Below are positions 15,171 through 31,652 of a stretch of 64,000 nt of DNA, piece after piece. The stretch is from the human T2T-CHM13v2.0 reference genome, Homo sapiens, in the NCBI RefSeq assembly GCF_009914755.1, contig NC_060937.1; one strand, given 5' to 3'. The position numbers were made by a program, and so were the translations under genes. Under the pieces are notes generated by a model. It was given only the letters and a program-made list of their open reading frames with translations. It did not search any database and was not told the DNA's origin. The number at the start of each line of letters is the position of its first letter. Within the stretch, counting starts at the first letter, position 1.

Positions 15171-17062
15171 CATATATACCCTAGATATCAGTTTTAGTTA
15201 AGTCTACTATTGACTATTGAGCTCTTTTTAAAAAAACAAAAAACAAACAAACAGAAAAACACAACTTTGAAACTCTTATCACCAGATTTTTGCCATAACA
15301 AACAGCTGGTATTTGAAAAGTCATACAAATATCAAACCAGAAAGGACTCATTCTCTGGCCGGAAAACAAACCCAGGTCACCAAGGTGAAAAGGGAAGAAC
15401 CTTAGCTACTGAACTACATCATGGGGTGGTGTCCATTGTTTTTCCTAGAGGGAATCTAAAGCAATTTTGAGCTTTCAAAGATTTTAAGCTTTTTTTATGT
15501 TAGATTTTGCTCAACCGAATTCTCAAGACTAGCCATTACACTATTATGTGTCCTTTTTAAAATTTGGTTTTCCCTAGCAACTCAATCCAAAAATCTCTCT
15601 GTAAAGCCCAGGTCATAATTTTCTAGGTTTAGAAAAAGTTTTTACATTCCTGGAGAGGGCAGAAGGGAGGCAGTCCCCATGATCCCTAAAAATTCACTCT
15701 TAGAAATAGATTTAAGATAGCAAAAGATGACAAAAACCCCATAGGGATGAGATCTTTTAAGAAAAAACTTCCCTAAGAAGTTGACACATTTGGAACAAAA
15801 AGTGTACTGCTTAAAATATTAGATGTCTTGGATTCCCAGTCTTTGCAGACTGGCTTCCTGATGTGAACCTGAAAATTCCTGCCCTCCAGATAGTGGAGAC
15901 TAAGAGAGTACTCCCACTTGGTAAGAAAGTCAAGCTTTCAAGGACATAAAACAAAATGAGAAGGAAACCTCATCCAATTTTATTTCAGGGGCCCACAGCA
16001 AAATTTGTCTTAACAGGTACTTGGTATAGTCCGAACTGCAGAACTGACCAGTCTGCAGGGCCAGCTTGAACAGTGAGCATATAGGGGTTCTAGGCCCATG
16101 TTCTATCCTATGATACTTGATACTTTTTTTTTAGGTGCTTCGTGTGGCATTGAGGGTTTTAGGGTTATTGAAGGGATATTTATTCTGACAGATTTGGGGG
16201 CCCACAAGGAATTTCCTTGAGAGAAATTTGTGAGGGAGGCTACCTGGAGAGAGATGTGGCCTTCTATCATTGCAGCTTTCTGTTTAGGAACAAAAGGAAG
16301 GCCATTTTTGCATGAATCTGTTCCCAAGCTTTATGTTTACCTTTGGCATTGTGATTTGGGGGACTTAAGATTTTATTTTCCTTTTAGTTATTGTTATCTA
16401 TAAAAGCTAAAATGAAAGTAAAAGAGAGTGCCTGGTTGGGGCTTGAGCCTGGACCAACCTCAGATATGGGTCTGTCTGAGCTCAGATTCTTAGCCTCAAA
16501 TCTACCCACAAGGGAGAAAAAGTATGCCAGCACAACAGAAAGTACCTTTGATACTTGTGGGTAGTCAATGTGGCAGAAGGGCAAAAGCAAGCAACAGTTG
16601 AAACCATAGGGTATAGTATGAAGGAATCATTCCATTTTGTACAACAGTATCAGCAGCTCCCTGAGGAACTTTTACCAAAATGGATTATGAGAGTAACTAA
16701 TTTGGAAGCAGTGGCTTTGGTTTGAAATGCTGCACAGTGGAAAAACATGTTTGGGTGATGCAGGACCCACAGGTCACTATAGAACAATTGCAGATTCATA
16801 TATATGATCCAGACACATAGGTTATTCCTGAGAGAAGAACTGGGCTGGTGGACTGGATAAAAGCCACTGTAAGATCTTTTTACCCCGAAAAGGGGGTCTG
16901 TTCAACTCCCCCTGTAAATACCAAGTTGGGTAATTCAGATGAAGCATGTGCAAGCCATGTGGGATTGGCTTTATGAGGACCAGTATATTCACCCACTGAA
17001 TATGCCTGTTACCCAGGTTATGGTAAATGCTGTGGTTAAGGGGACCCCTTCTACACGGGTAC

Positions 17063-17546
17063 TGTCAGGCCTCTGAGCCCAAGCCAAGCCATCGCATCCC
17101 CTGTGACTTGCATGTATACGCCCAGATGGCCTGAAGTAACTGAAGAATCACAAAAGAAGTGAATATGCCTTGTCCCACCTTAACTGATGACATTCCACCA
17201 CAAAAGAAGTGTAAATGGCCGGTCCTTGCCTTAACTGATGACATTACCTTGTGAAAGTCCTTTTCCTGGCTCATCCTGGCTCAAAAAGCACCCCCACTGA
17301 GCACCTTGCGACCCCCACTCCTGCCCACTGAGCACCTTGCGAACCCCACTCCTACCCGCCAGACAACAAACCCCCTTTGACTGTAATTTTCCTTTACCTA
17401 CCCAAATCCTATAAAACGGCCCCACCCTTATCTCCCTTCGATGACTCTCTTTTCGGACTCAGCCCGCCTGCACCCAGGTGAAATAAACAGCCATGTTGCT
17501 CACACAAAGCCTGTTTGGTGGTCTCTTCACACGGACACGCATGAAA
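17063..17546 (+). mobile_element. HERV-H solo LTR, LTR7Y/LTR7B-type
   Basis: TGTCAGGCCTCTGAGCCCAAG...GGACACGCATGAAA; duplicated CACTGAGCACCTTGCGA-CCCC block; TATAAAA near 17410; AATAAA near 17482; perfect TSD GGTAC (17058-17062 / 17547-17551). Confidence 0.93.
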
Positions 17547-17766
17547 GGTACCACATGTAATGACATCACTCCTGAAAAATGGAACAAGAGTCCTAGAAGC
17601 CTTATCAAACTTGTTGTCTCAGCTTTCCTTGATGGGTCTTACAGGTATTAATTTTAAAAGTTAGGTTAATTAACAAGAACATGGTGAAGGTTAGAGCAGA
17701 GAGTCAAAAGACTCCTCCCAGAAGGGTGTAAATTTTTAAATGTTTATTAAGAAATAAGATGAATAG

Positions 17767-18065
<299 letters not shown>

Positions 18066-20607
18066 GAATACAGAGAGCATTGATAAGGGTGAAACTAAAA
18101 GGAAAAAGAAAGGGGAGAGTCATGGGACTCATCCCAGCAGGGTAAACATGTTTAAATAGTTATTAAAAATGGGATAAATAAAACAAATTGATGGGGTTAA
18201 AACAAAGGTCTTAATACAACACTATCAAAGAGGGAGCCCTGCCTGTCTACAAACATTATAGAGCCCAAATCAGTTTTCTGTATTTGCCCCAGATTTGTGA
18301 AATTTAAGAAAAAAAATCAGAAGGTAAAGATTACAGTGAGAAAGCTGACCAAAAATTGGGGCAATGTTGAGGCAGTTAATCAAGATAAGGATTGACCAAT
18401 GAGCCCAAGTGCCTTGGCTCAGCTCCCTGTTGGGAACTCAAATCCTTTTTCACAAGAAAGGGTAAAATGGTCTAGGGTGGAGAAAAAGTTTCCTGGGACT
18501 ACAACATAAAATGTAAGGGTCAATAGGATTTTAAGAGTTAAAATGTTTGAACAGGCTTTATGTAAAGTAGCTGTGTCTCCTTTACCTAAATGTTTTCTGG
18601 GAATGGACATTGTATATGACTGGAGGATGATTCCCCTTCCTAGTACTGTGAACTAGAAAGCATGTAAATCTTCCCTTTGAGCAATACTAATTGGACATGC
18701 TCAGTGGGAACCAGTAAGACTGACCAAGCCCACAAAGTATAGAGTAGAAGCTGAAGTGCTGGTAGGGAACAAATTATCCACTGGATAGCTCCTTGTAGAA
18801 TTTTTATTGGGGCTTATGGCAAAAGTCTATGAGCACCTTCACTAGAGAATTTTCATTTGGGGGTATTTGCTGCCTTGTAATTGGATGTTAGCTGAAGCTA
18901 CTGCTATGATTGAAGGGCATAAAATGGCCTTGACACCTGAAATAGTAATGTCTGAATGTCAGAGAAACACTCTAATGAGGATAGCAGCACCCAAAAGGGT
19001 CCCACCAATAAAATGGGAATGATTTGTGTAGTATCCTGCTATTTGAAGGATGCAAGGAGGAGATAGGAGCAGGGAGTCTCTTTTTCCCTAGGAGTCACTC
19101 TGAAACTGTGTGAGGGGCTGCTGGATTCTACAGTGCCCAATAAACAGCTCTCACCTGACTGACAAAGAGCTGCTTGGTTTGTGGATGGCAGTTCCAAGGT
19201 GAAAGGACAATATCCTGTTTGGAAGGCTGCTACTCTAATTGTAAAGTATACTATTGTGAACAAAATTTACCTGTCTCTCTACCTGATATCTCCAAAACTG
19301 GAAACTATTCATATATTCGTATGACATGGGAATACAGTTATTTGCATAAGTTCAGTAAGAATCTGTTTTCTTTTGTAACAGGACACAATTGGAGACACAG
19401 GTTCTTCTATCAAGGCCTTGACTGGAATGGCATATTTTCAGATATGACCACATTGCTTTGAGGAAATGAGGCTGATGTTGCAGAGCTGATAAAACCCCCA
19501 CAGAAAGGCCAGCCTACCTCTGGTAAGTAAAAAATGTCACTTTCTGGCAGGCCCAGGAACCTCAAGTTATTTTTGGGCCTCAAGAAGAGAGGAATACACC
19601 CATTCATACAGGTATGACAGGCACAATCGGATAGCGAATCCTTGACTTGGTTAGCCTCAGGGCTTATAGAAGTCTAATCTGAGATTCCTTATGAAAAGTG
19701 TCCCAGTGAAGCCATCTTAAAAGGAGCCAATATGGCCAATCCCTGCACTTTATGCAAATAGTCAGGTCAAGTTAATGAGACTAAATTTATTTCACAAGTA
19801 AATTGGCCCTACTTTGATTTATCCTTAGTAGAAATGGGAAAACTGTTGAGAAAAACTATGTTTCAGAAGAAAACTATAGTATGCTCATTATTAGACTGTA
19901 GCCTTAATGATTGTTTCTGAGTTTTATTATTTGCCTATAATTCAAACTGAATCCTGAATTATTTCCTGGCTACAAATTTCTAAAGAAAAACCGAGATTTA
20001 ATTGTCTTCATGCCCTTTTTTATTATAATCCTTGTGTGCATTATATTTCTACTATTCAAATTATTAATGTTATATATCTCTACTTTTACTTCTTCCAAGA
20101 AAACCAAAGTCACGGTATTCCAATGACTAGAGATGACAAACCAAAGCCTGTGAATCTCCCTAATTTGGAATGCTACTGGGTCTGATCTGTTTTCCCTGCC
20201 AACCCACTGCTGCTAAAGTTGTGCAATGTCAAGCACTTTCCCTAAAGGCCCAGAAGAGGAGGGTGTGTGAGATTAAGAGGGATGGAGTGTGGGGGCTAAA
20301 GCAACTCCATCTTGGATGTTGATCTGCCATATTGAGTTCTGATTAACCCCATTTCCAAAAAGGCCTCTAAGGTTTTTTTTTAATTATTTATTTTGCTTAC
20401 TGTTCCTTGTGTAAGATCATGTACTTACCTTAAGTCCTGCCCTTGAATAATTTTCCTACACATCACTTCTGTATCACATATACCCTTTCCCCATGGTATA
20501 TAGGCCTTGGTTCTGGGTGTAATGGCGTGGGGATCCACCAACCTGTCTCCACACTACCTGAGACACAGACATGGTTTCTATTCATAAGTCACTATTAAAT
20601 GTTTCTG

Positions 20608-20888
20608 TCAGGTGCAGTGGCTCACACCTATAATCCCAGCACTTTGGGAGGCAAAGTAGGAGGAACACTTGAGGCCAAGAGTTCAAGACCAGCCTGAGCA
20701 ACATAGTGAGACCCCCCTCCTCCCTTTACAAAACACAAAAAAGTTAGCTGGGCATGGAGACACATGTCTCTAGTCCTAGCTACAGAGGCTGAGGCATGAG
20801 GATTGCTTGAGCCAGGAGTTCAAGGGTGCAGTGAGCTGTGATCATGCCACTGCACTTCAGCCTAGGTGACACAGTGAGAGCCTGTCTG
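20608..20888 (+). mobile_element. AluJ
   Basis: Alu inside the 3' LTR. Confidence 0.85.
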
Positions 20889-21028
20889 GAAGGAAAGAGA
20901 GAGAGAAAGGAAAGAGAGAGAGGAAGGAAGGAGGGAAGGAAGGAGGGAAGGAAGGGAGGGAGGGAGGGAAAGAAAGAGGGAAAGAGAGAGAGAAAGAGAG
21001 AGAGAAGAGAAGACAAGACAAGAGAAGA
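20888..21028. repeat. Polypurine (GGAA/GA) low-complexity tract
   Basis: ~140 nt almost purely A/G, at an Alu tail. Confidence 0.9.
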
Positions 21029-21502
<474 letters not shown>

Positions 21503-21534
21503 TCACTGTGAAATTCCACTGTGTGGAATTGGTG

Positions 21535-23940
21535 ATTGAGGTGAATTTCACATAATGTAAAATTAACAATTTTGAAGTGAACATTTTATTTGCCTTTGAG
21601 GTTAATCCTTGTTGTAGAGTGTATCAGTACTTCATTCCTTTTTATGGCTGAATAATATTCTATTGAATAAATATGCCACATTTTGGTTTTTTTCACTCAT
21701 CAATTGATGGACACTTGGGATGTTTCCACCTCCTTTTGGCTATTGCAAATAGGGCTGCTATGAACATTAATTCGTGTACAAGTATTTGTTAAAATACCTG
21801 TTGCCAATTCTTTGGGATATATACTTAGAAGTGACATTGCTGGGTTATATGGTAATTCTATATGTAATTTACTGAGGAATTAACAAATTGTTTTCCTTAG
21901 AGGCTGAACCATTTTACGTTCCCACCAGGAATGTACAAAGGTTTGAATTTCTCGACATCTTCACCAACACTTGCTATTTCCCCATCTCATCCTTTTTAGT
22001 AGCCATAGTTGTATAATTATACCCATTTCTAGTGGGTATGAAGCTGTATTTCATTGTGGTTTTGATTTGCATTTCCCCAATGACTAATGATCTTGAGCAT
22101 CTTTTCATGTACTTGTTGTCCATTTGTTTATCATCTTTGGAAAAATGTCTAAGTCCTTTGCCCATTTTTAAGTTGGGTTGTCTTTTTGTTGTTGAGTTGT
22201 AAGAATTCTTTACATATTCTGGATGTTAGACCCTTATGAGATATATAATTTGCAAATATGTTCTTCCATTCTGTTGTTGTCTTTTTACTTTCTTGAGAAT
22301 ATCCTTTGACAAACAGAAGTTTTTAATTTTGAGAAAGTCCAGTTTATTTTTTATTTTGTTGCTTGTGTTTTCAGTGTCACATCTAAGACTCCATGGCCAA
22401 ATTCAAAGTTATGAAGATTTACCCCTAACTCTTCTGAGAGTTTATAGTTTTAGTTCTTATATTTAGGTCATTGGCCAATCATTGCAACTTAATTTTTGTA
22501 TATGGTATGAGATGGGGGTCTAATTCCATTCTTTTGCATGTGCATATCCAGTTGTCCTGTACCTTTTATTGAAGAGACTGTTCTTTCTACCAGTTTTGTC
22601 CTTAGTTTACTCTTCTTTTTCCCCTGTTCTTTAAGGAATAGGGTTAGGTTATTGATTTGTGCTCTTTCTTCTTTTTTAATGTAGGCAGTTGCAACTATGA
22701 TTTCCCTATGAGCACTACTTTTGCTGCATCCTGTAAGTTTTGGTAGGTTGTGTTTTGCATTTAATTTATATAGTACTTTCATATTTCCCTTGTTGATTTT
22801 TTTCTTTGATCCATTGGTTGTTTAAGAGTGTGTTGTTTAATTTCCATACATTTGTGAATTTTCCATTTTCCTTTGGTTATTGATTTCTAGCTTCCCTTCA
22901 TCGTGGTCAGAGAAGATACTTTCTATGATTTAAGTATTTTAAATGTATTTATCGTTATTTTGTGGCCTAAAGTATGATCTATTCTGTAGAATGTTCCATG
23001 TATGAGAACAGTGAGGACTCTGCTCTGCTGGTAGAGTGTTCTATATGTGTCTAGTAGGTCTAGTTGATTTACAGTGTTCAAGTCCTCTACTTACTTATTC
23101 ATGTGCTATTTAGATGTTCTGTTATTTTTATTTTTCTCTTTTTTTTGTTTTGTTCTATCTATTATTGAAAGTGGGTTATTAAAATCTCCAATAATTATTG
23201 TAGAACTAGTTCTCCTTTATTTCTGTTAACGTTTTCTTCACATATTATGGGGCTCTGCTGTTTGGTGAATATATATTTATAATTGTTACATCTTGGTAGT
23301 GAATTGACCCTTTTATGAATATATAATAATATCCCTCATTTTAAAGTCTATTTGGACTGATATTAGCATAGCCACCCCAGTTCTCCTTTTGTTACCATTT
23401 GTATGGAATATCTTTTTCCATTATTTTACTTTCAATATATTTTATTTCAATATATTTTACTTTCAACATATTTGTCTCTTTGAACTCAAAATGTATTTTT
23501 TGAATCCATTCTGCCAATCTCTGCCTTTTAATGGTGAGTTTAATTTTTTAACATTTAAAGTGATGACTGATAAGAAAGCAATTATTTCTATCATTTGCTA
23601 TTGTTTTCTACAAGTTTCATATACTTTTTGCTCCCCAAATACTGTCTTTTGTGTTTGTGTCTTTCGTGTTTTTTAAAGTGTACCATTCTGATTCCTTCCT
23701 CAGTGTCTTTTCTGTATATATTTTAATTATTTTTTTGTGAGTACTCTGGTGATTACAAAAAACACCCTAAATATATAAAAATACAGTTTGAGTTGGTATC
23801 AACTAAGTTTTAGTAGCATACACAAAATCTATTCCTATACAGCTTTGTTATTGTCACAAATTGCATCTTTTATACATTGTGTACCCATTAGCATACTTTA
23901 TAATTACTGTTTTCTACATTTGTCTCTCAAAGAACATAGG
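21535..23940 (-). mobile_element. Old L1M segment(s)
   Basis: L1 3' end (attgaggtgaatttcacataat) and ORF2-like peptides in the track ([25 protein letters not shown]; YIKKEERAQINNL). Confidence 0.8.
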
Positions 23941-23956
23941 AAGCAATAGGGTACAG

Positions 23957-24240
23957 ACTGGGCTCACAACTGCAATCCCAGTAATTTGGGAGGCCAAAGC
24001 AGGAGGATCACTTGAGGCCAGGAGTTCAAGTCCAGCCTGGGCAACATAGCAACACCCCCATTTCTACAAAAAAAAAAAAAAATTAGCAGAACATGGTTGT
24101 GTGTACCTGTAGTCCCAGCTACTTGGGAGGCTGAGGTCAGAGGATCACTTGAGCCCAGGGGTTTGAGGCTGCAGTGAGCTGTGATTGTGCTACTGCACTC
24201 TGGCCTGGCTGACAGATTGAGAACCTGTCTAAAAAAAAAA
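23957..24240 (+). mobile_element. AluJ
   Basis: Diverged Alu with A tail. Confidence 0.85.
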
Positions 24241-24268
24241 GAAGAAATTAGAAAATAAAGATATAGGA

Positions 24269-24514
24269 GGCCGGACTCAGTGGCTCACGCCTGTAATCCC
24301 AGCACTTTGAGAGGCCGAGGCGGGCAGATCATGAGGTCAGGAGTTTGAGACCAGCCTGGCCAACATGGTGAAACCCCATCTCTACTAAAAATAAAAAAAT
24401 TAGATGGGTGTGGTGGCACGTGCCTGTAATCCCAGCTACTCAGGAGGCCGAGGCAGGAGAATTGCTGAAACCTGGCGGTCAGAGGCTGCAGAGAGCCGAG
24501 ATTGGGCCACTGCA
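24269..24514 (+). mobile_element. AluS, 3'-truncated
   Basis: Ends at gccactgca, fused to an antisense Alu fragment. Confidence 0.85.
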
Positions 24515-24548
24515 GGCATGAGCCACCATGCCCACCCCCCACCACACC

Positions 24549-24952
<404 letters not shown>

Positions 24953-25043
24953 TGACTTTTTAGCTTGTTGATCTGGTGGATTACATAGATTTCTCAAATG
25001 TTGAACTAGCCTTGGATGCCTGGAATAAATCCCTATTGGTCAA

Positions 25044-25390
25044 GGCTATGAACTGCATGTTTGTGTCCCCTCAAAATTTATATGCGAAACTCTAACTCCC
25101 CGGTGTTAGGAGGTAGGACCTTTGGGAGGTCATGAGGGTGGAGCCCTCATGAATGGGAATAGTGCCCTTATAAGACAAAACATGAGAGAGTTTATATCTC
25201 TTTCAGCCATGAGAGGATACAGTGAGAAGAGGGTGATCTGTAAACCCAGAAGAGTGCCCTCCCCAGACACTGGAACTTCTAACACTTTGATCTTGAATTT
25301 CCCAACCTCCAGAACTATGAGAAATAAATGTTTGTTCTTTATGCCACCCAACATTTGATATTCTTGTACAGCAGCCTGAATTAAGATAGT
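25044..25390 (+). mobile_element. MLT1A-like MaLR LTR
   Basis: ctatgaactgcatgtttgtgtcccctcaaaattt...gaaataaatgtttg...gcagcctgaattaagata. Confidence 0.75.
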
Positions 25391-25971
25391 CACAGTGCGT
25401 AATGTTTTGTTATTTTATTCAGTTTGCTAATATTTTGTGGAGGACCTTTGAATCTATGTTCATGAAAGCTATTGGTATGTAGTTTTTTGTTTTTTTGTTG
25501 TTGTTTTTATTTTTTTGTACTGGTTTTGATATTTGGGTGATACTAGCCTCACAGTGAGTTGGGGACTGTTCTTTCTTTCTGGAAAAGATTGTGAAAATGC
25601 ATTGTTATCTCTTTGAATGTTTTGTAGAATTCTGCAGTGAAACCATCTGGGCCTGGGATTTTTTAGGAGATTTTTTAAAATAAATTCAGTTTCTTTAATG
25701 GTTAATATAGGGCTACCTAAATTATCTATTTCATCTTGGTTGTGTTTGGTAGTTTGTGGTTCCTCAAAAGGCTTCATTACTTCTAAGTTTTCAGTAAAAA
25801 AACTGTTTTAGAGTATAAAACTTTGTGTAATATTTTCTTATTATCTTAGTGGCTACAGGATATGAAGTGACATCCCCTGTTTTATTCCTCATATTGGTGA
25901 TATCTGTTTTCTCTTAATTTTTGTGACTCTTGAAAGAAGTTTGTACATTTTATTGATTTAAAAAAGAAACA

Positions 25972-26293
<322 letters not shown>

Positions 26294-26377
26294 TTACTTC
26301 ATTAAATTTTCTCCTCTGCTATTTCTTATTTCTAATTTTATTAATTATTGTTCTGATCTCTATATTATTTCCTTCCT

Positions 26378-26659
26378 TTTTTTTAAGAAAGAGAGACTCT
26401 CACTCTGTCACCCAGGCCGGAGTGCAGTGGTGCGATCATAGCTCACTGCAGTCTTGAACTCCTGGGCTCAAGCAGTTCTCCTATCTCAGAGTAGCTGGGA
26501 CTACAGGACACACCACCATGCCTAATTTTTAAAATGTTTTGTAGAAATGAGGTCTCGCTATGCTGCCCAAGCTGGTCTTGAAATCCTGGCTCAAGTGATC
26601 CTCCCTGCCTTGGCTTTCCTAAGTGCTGGGATAATAGGTGTGAGCCACCAAGCCTGACC
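26378..26659 (-). mobile_element. AluJ
   Basis: Antisense diverged Alu. Confidence 0.85.
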
Positions 26660-27387
26660 TCCTTCTTCTTGATTGCTTTGGGTTTATTTTCCTCTGCTTT
26701 CTCTAGTGCCTTATGGTAGGAGCTTAGATTGACTTGAGTCCTTTTCTCATGTTTAATGTAAACATTTAATGCTACAGTTTTGCTCTCAAAAATCCTTTAG
26801 CTGTATCCAACATGTTTTGGTATGTTGTATTTTCATATTCCTTAAGTTTCATTTTTAACTTGAGATTTTCCTCTTTGTCCCAGCAATGATTTAAAATTTA
26901 TGTTGTTCAATTTCTCTGTGTTTAGAGAGTTTCCTGTTGTCTTCGTTATTGATTATCTGTTTGATTCCAATATTGTCAGGAAACATGCTACGTATACTTT
27001 CATTTATTTTGCATTTGTTGAAGTTGTTGTATGGCTCAGGACATGGTCTATCTTGATGAATCTTCCATGAACAATTGAAAAAAAAGTGTACTCTGCTTAT
27101 TGGGTGGAGTGATGTGTCACTCCATGATTGGTTGATTATATTAGTCAGATCTTCTATATTCTCGCTAATTTACTGTCAGTAGCTTTGTCACTTGCTGAAA
27201 GATCATGTTGCATTTTCCAATAATAATTGTGGAGTTGTCTGTTTTTCCTTTTAAGTCTATCAGTTTTGCTTCATGTATTTTAAGACTGTTTTTTGGTTTA
27301 TACACATTTGAGATCATTAAGTTTTCCTTGTCAATTGAATTTTTCATTAACATGTATTATCTCTCTCTGTCATCTCTACCCTAGTAG

Positions 27388-28364
<977 letters not shown>

Positions 28365-28373
28365 TATACATTA

Positions 28374-28665
<292 letters not shown>

Positions 28666-28996
28666 TATAATTTTTGTTTCAATAATCAAATATGATTTAT
28701 AAAATTCATGGTTTATGAAACATACCATTGTATGATTTATAAAACATGCTTTTGTATATGTTTGTATTTCTGCTCTTTCTGTTGTTCCTTTTTCCTTCCT
28801 AATCCTCTGAGATATTTGATCATTTATTTTCTATTTAAAGAACTTTCTGTAGCCAATCTTTAAGGATAAGTCTGCAAGCAACAAATTCTTTTATTTTTCA
28901 TTCATCTGAGAATTCATTCCTAGAGAATAATTTTGGTAAATGTGAACTTTTCAGTAGAAAGTTATTTTCTTTTAGCAATTAAAAAATGCTGTACCA

Positions 28997-29294
28997 GCTG
29001 GACGAGGTGGCTCAGGCCTGTAATCCCAGTGACTCCACAGTCCAAGGTGGGAAAATCATTTAAGGCCAGGAGTTTGAGGCCAGCCTGTGCAACATAGCAA
29101 GATCCCGTCTCAGGGAGGGGGAGAGGGAAACTTAGTTGGGCATGGTGGTGCTCACCTGTAGTCCCAGCTACTCAGGAAGCTGAGGTGGGAGGATCACTTG
29201 AGCCCAGAAGTTGGAGGCTGCAGTGAGGCATGATTGAGCCACTTCACTCCAGCCTGGGTGACAGGGTGAGACCCACTTTGTTTAAAAAAAAAAA
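28997..29294 (+). mobile_element. AluJ
   Basis: Diverged Alu; G-rich middle linker. Confidence 0.85.
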
Positions 29295-29455
29295 ATAGCT
29301 GTGCCACTTCCTTCTGGTCTCCATGGTTTCAGATGAGAAATTGTCATTCAAATAGATATTACCCTATAGATAATGTGTCATTTTTCTTTGGTTTTTAAGA
29401 TCTTTTCTTTAAGAAGTTTAACTGATTAAATTTGCACTTAGTTTTTAAGAAGTAA

Positions 29456-29762
29456 TTTTTTTTTTTTTTTTTTTTTTTTTGAGATGGAGTCTTGCTCTGT
29501 CACCAAGGCTGGAATGTGGTGGCGGGATCTCGGCTCCACTGCAAGCTCCGCCTCCTGGGTTCATACCATTCTCCTGCCTCAGCCTCCCAAGTAGCTGGGA
29601 CTACAGGTGCCCGCCACCCATGCCCGGCTAATTTTTTGTATTTTTAGTAGAGACGGGGTTTCACCATGTTAGCCAGGATGGTCTTGATCTCCTGACCTCG
29701 TGATCTGCCCGCCTTGGCCTCCCAAAGTGTTGGGATTACAGGCGTGAGCCACTGCTCCTGGC
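29456..29762 (-). mobile_element. AluY
   Basis: gcaagctccgcctcc and ttagccaggatggtc diagnostics. Confidence 0.9.
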
Positions 29763-30141
29763 AAAGAAGTTAATTTTGATGTGTCTTGGAATGGATTTCT
29801 TTGGGCTTAACCTGTTGGGATTTGCTCAGATTCTTGAATCTGTAGTTTTCTGTTTTTCAACAAATTTGGGAAGTTTCAGCAATTATTTTTTCAAGTACTC
29901 CTTCAGTTTCACTCTCTTCCACCACCACTCTCATGGAACTTTGGTGATGCAAATGTTGGCTATTTTGTTATTATCCTACAAGTCTCTGAGCCTCTGTTCA
30001 TTTTTTCCTGTTTTTCTCTCTGTTGTTCAATTTGAGTGAATTCCACTGATTGTCCTGAAAGACTCTGATGCTATCCTCTGTTTTGTCCATTCTACTATTG
30101 CTGTTTTATTTCTGTTAGTTTATCTTTTGGTTTTGGTTTTG

Positions 30142-30303
30142 TTTTAGAGATGAGGTCTCACTATGTTGCCCAGGCTGGAGTGTAGTGGCTATTCACAGGC
30201 ATGATTATAGTACACTACAGCTTCAAACTCCTGGGTTAAAATGATCCTCCTGCATCAGCCTCCTGAATAGCTAGGACACAGGTGCATGCCACCACACCCA
30301 GCT
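30142..30303 (-). mobile_element. Alu monomer (FAM/FRAM-like)
   Basis: ggctattcacaggcatgattatagtacactacagc, a 7SL-like monomer. Confidence 0.75.
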
Positions 30304-31178
30304 CTATTTTTCAGCGTTATAGGTTCCACTTAGTTCTTTTTTATTATTTCAATTTATTTGCTGAGATTTTTCGCTTTTTTTCCCATCGTTTTTAGAGAAT
30401 TTTTAATAGGCTATTAAAGCATTTTTATGAAGGCTGTTTTGAAGTGCTTGCCAAATAATTCCAATACCTGATTCATCTGTATTGGTATCAGTTGATTGCC
30501 TTTTTCTCATTCAAGTTGTGACTTTCTTGGTTCTTGGTATGACTGATACTTTATATTATATGTTGGACATTTTCTTTGTAATATTAGGAGACAGTAATAT
30601 TTTTTGATCATCTAGTTTATGCTAAACATTGTATTATGTGCTATCTTACATTATTTTAATGAAACTAAGATCTCTGAAAATATATTTTGCTGAGATTTGC
30701 ACAATTACTGCATTTCTACAAAAATAATAATTTTTGGTTTACACTTTTCTACCAACAGTGTGTTTTAGGATTTCCATTTAATATATAACTGAGCATATTA
30801 GTTAATCATTCAATAATTACATGTTCCAAGCATGAGAAGTATAGGACAGAATCCATTACTGAATTGTTCGACTTGGTGCAATGGCTCACATATCTGTTTT
30901 CCTTGAGTTCTTTTTTGAATAAAATATCCTCATGTGAAACTTAAGAGCCTTTGAGAAATACTGAGCAAAATGAAATTTGGAAAGTAATATATGATATTAT
31001 AGTAGAAATTATGTTCAATATTTCATTACATTTATAATAAAAATAACATAGTTGATCATCCTCAAATCTATGAAATTCATCATAAACACATCATAAATGT
31101 CTTTTCTGTGCTCTCTGCACATTGTCATTTCATAAAAATGAACAATACTTAGACGTCCACACCAGTGATACATAGTTA

Positions 31179-31598
<420 letters not shown>

Positions 31599-31652
31599 TT
31601 AAAAAATTCATTTCCAAAGAAAATAAATACAAATCAGAGCAGATATGTAATC

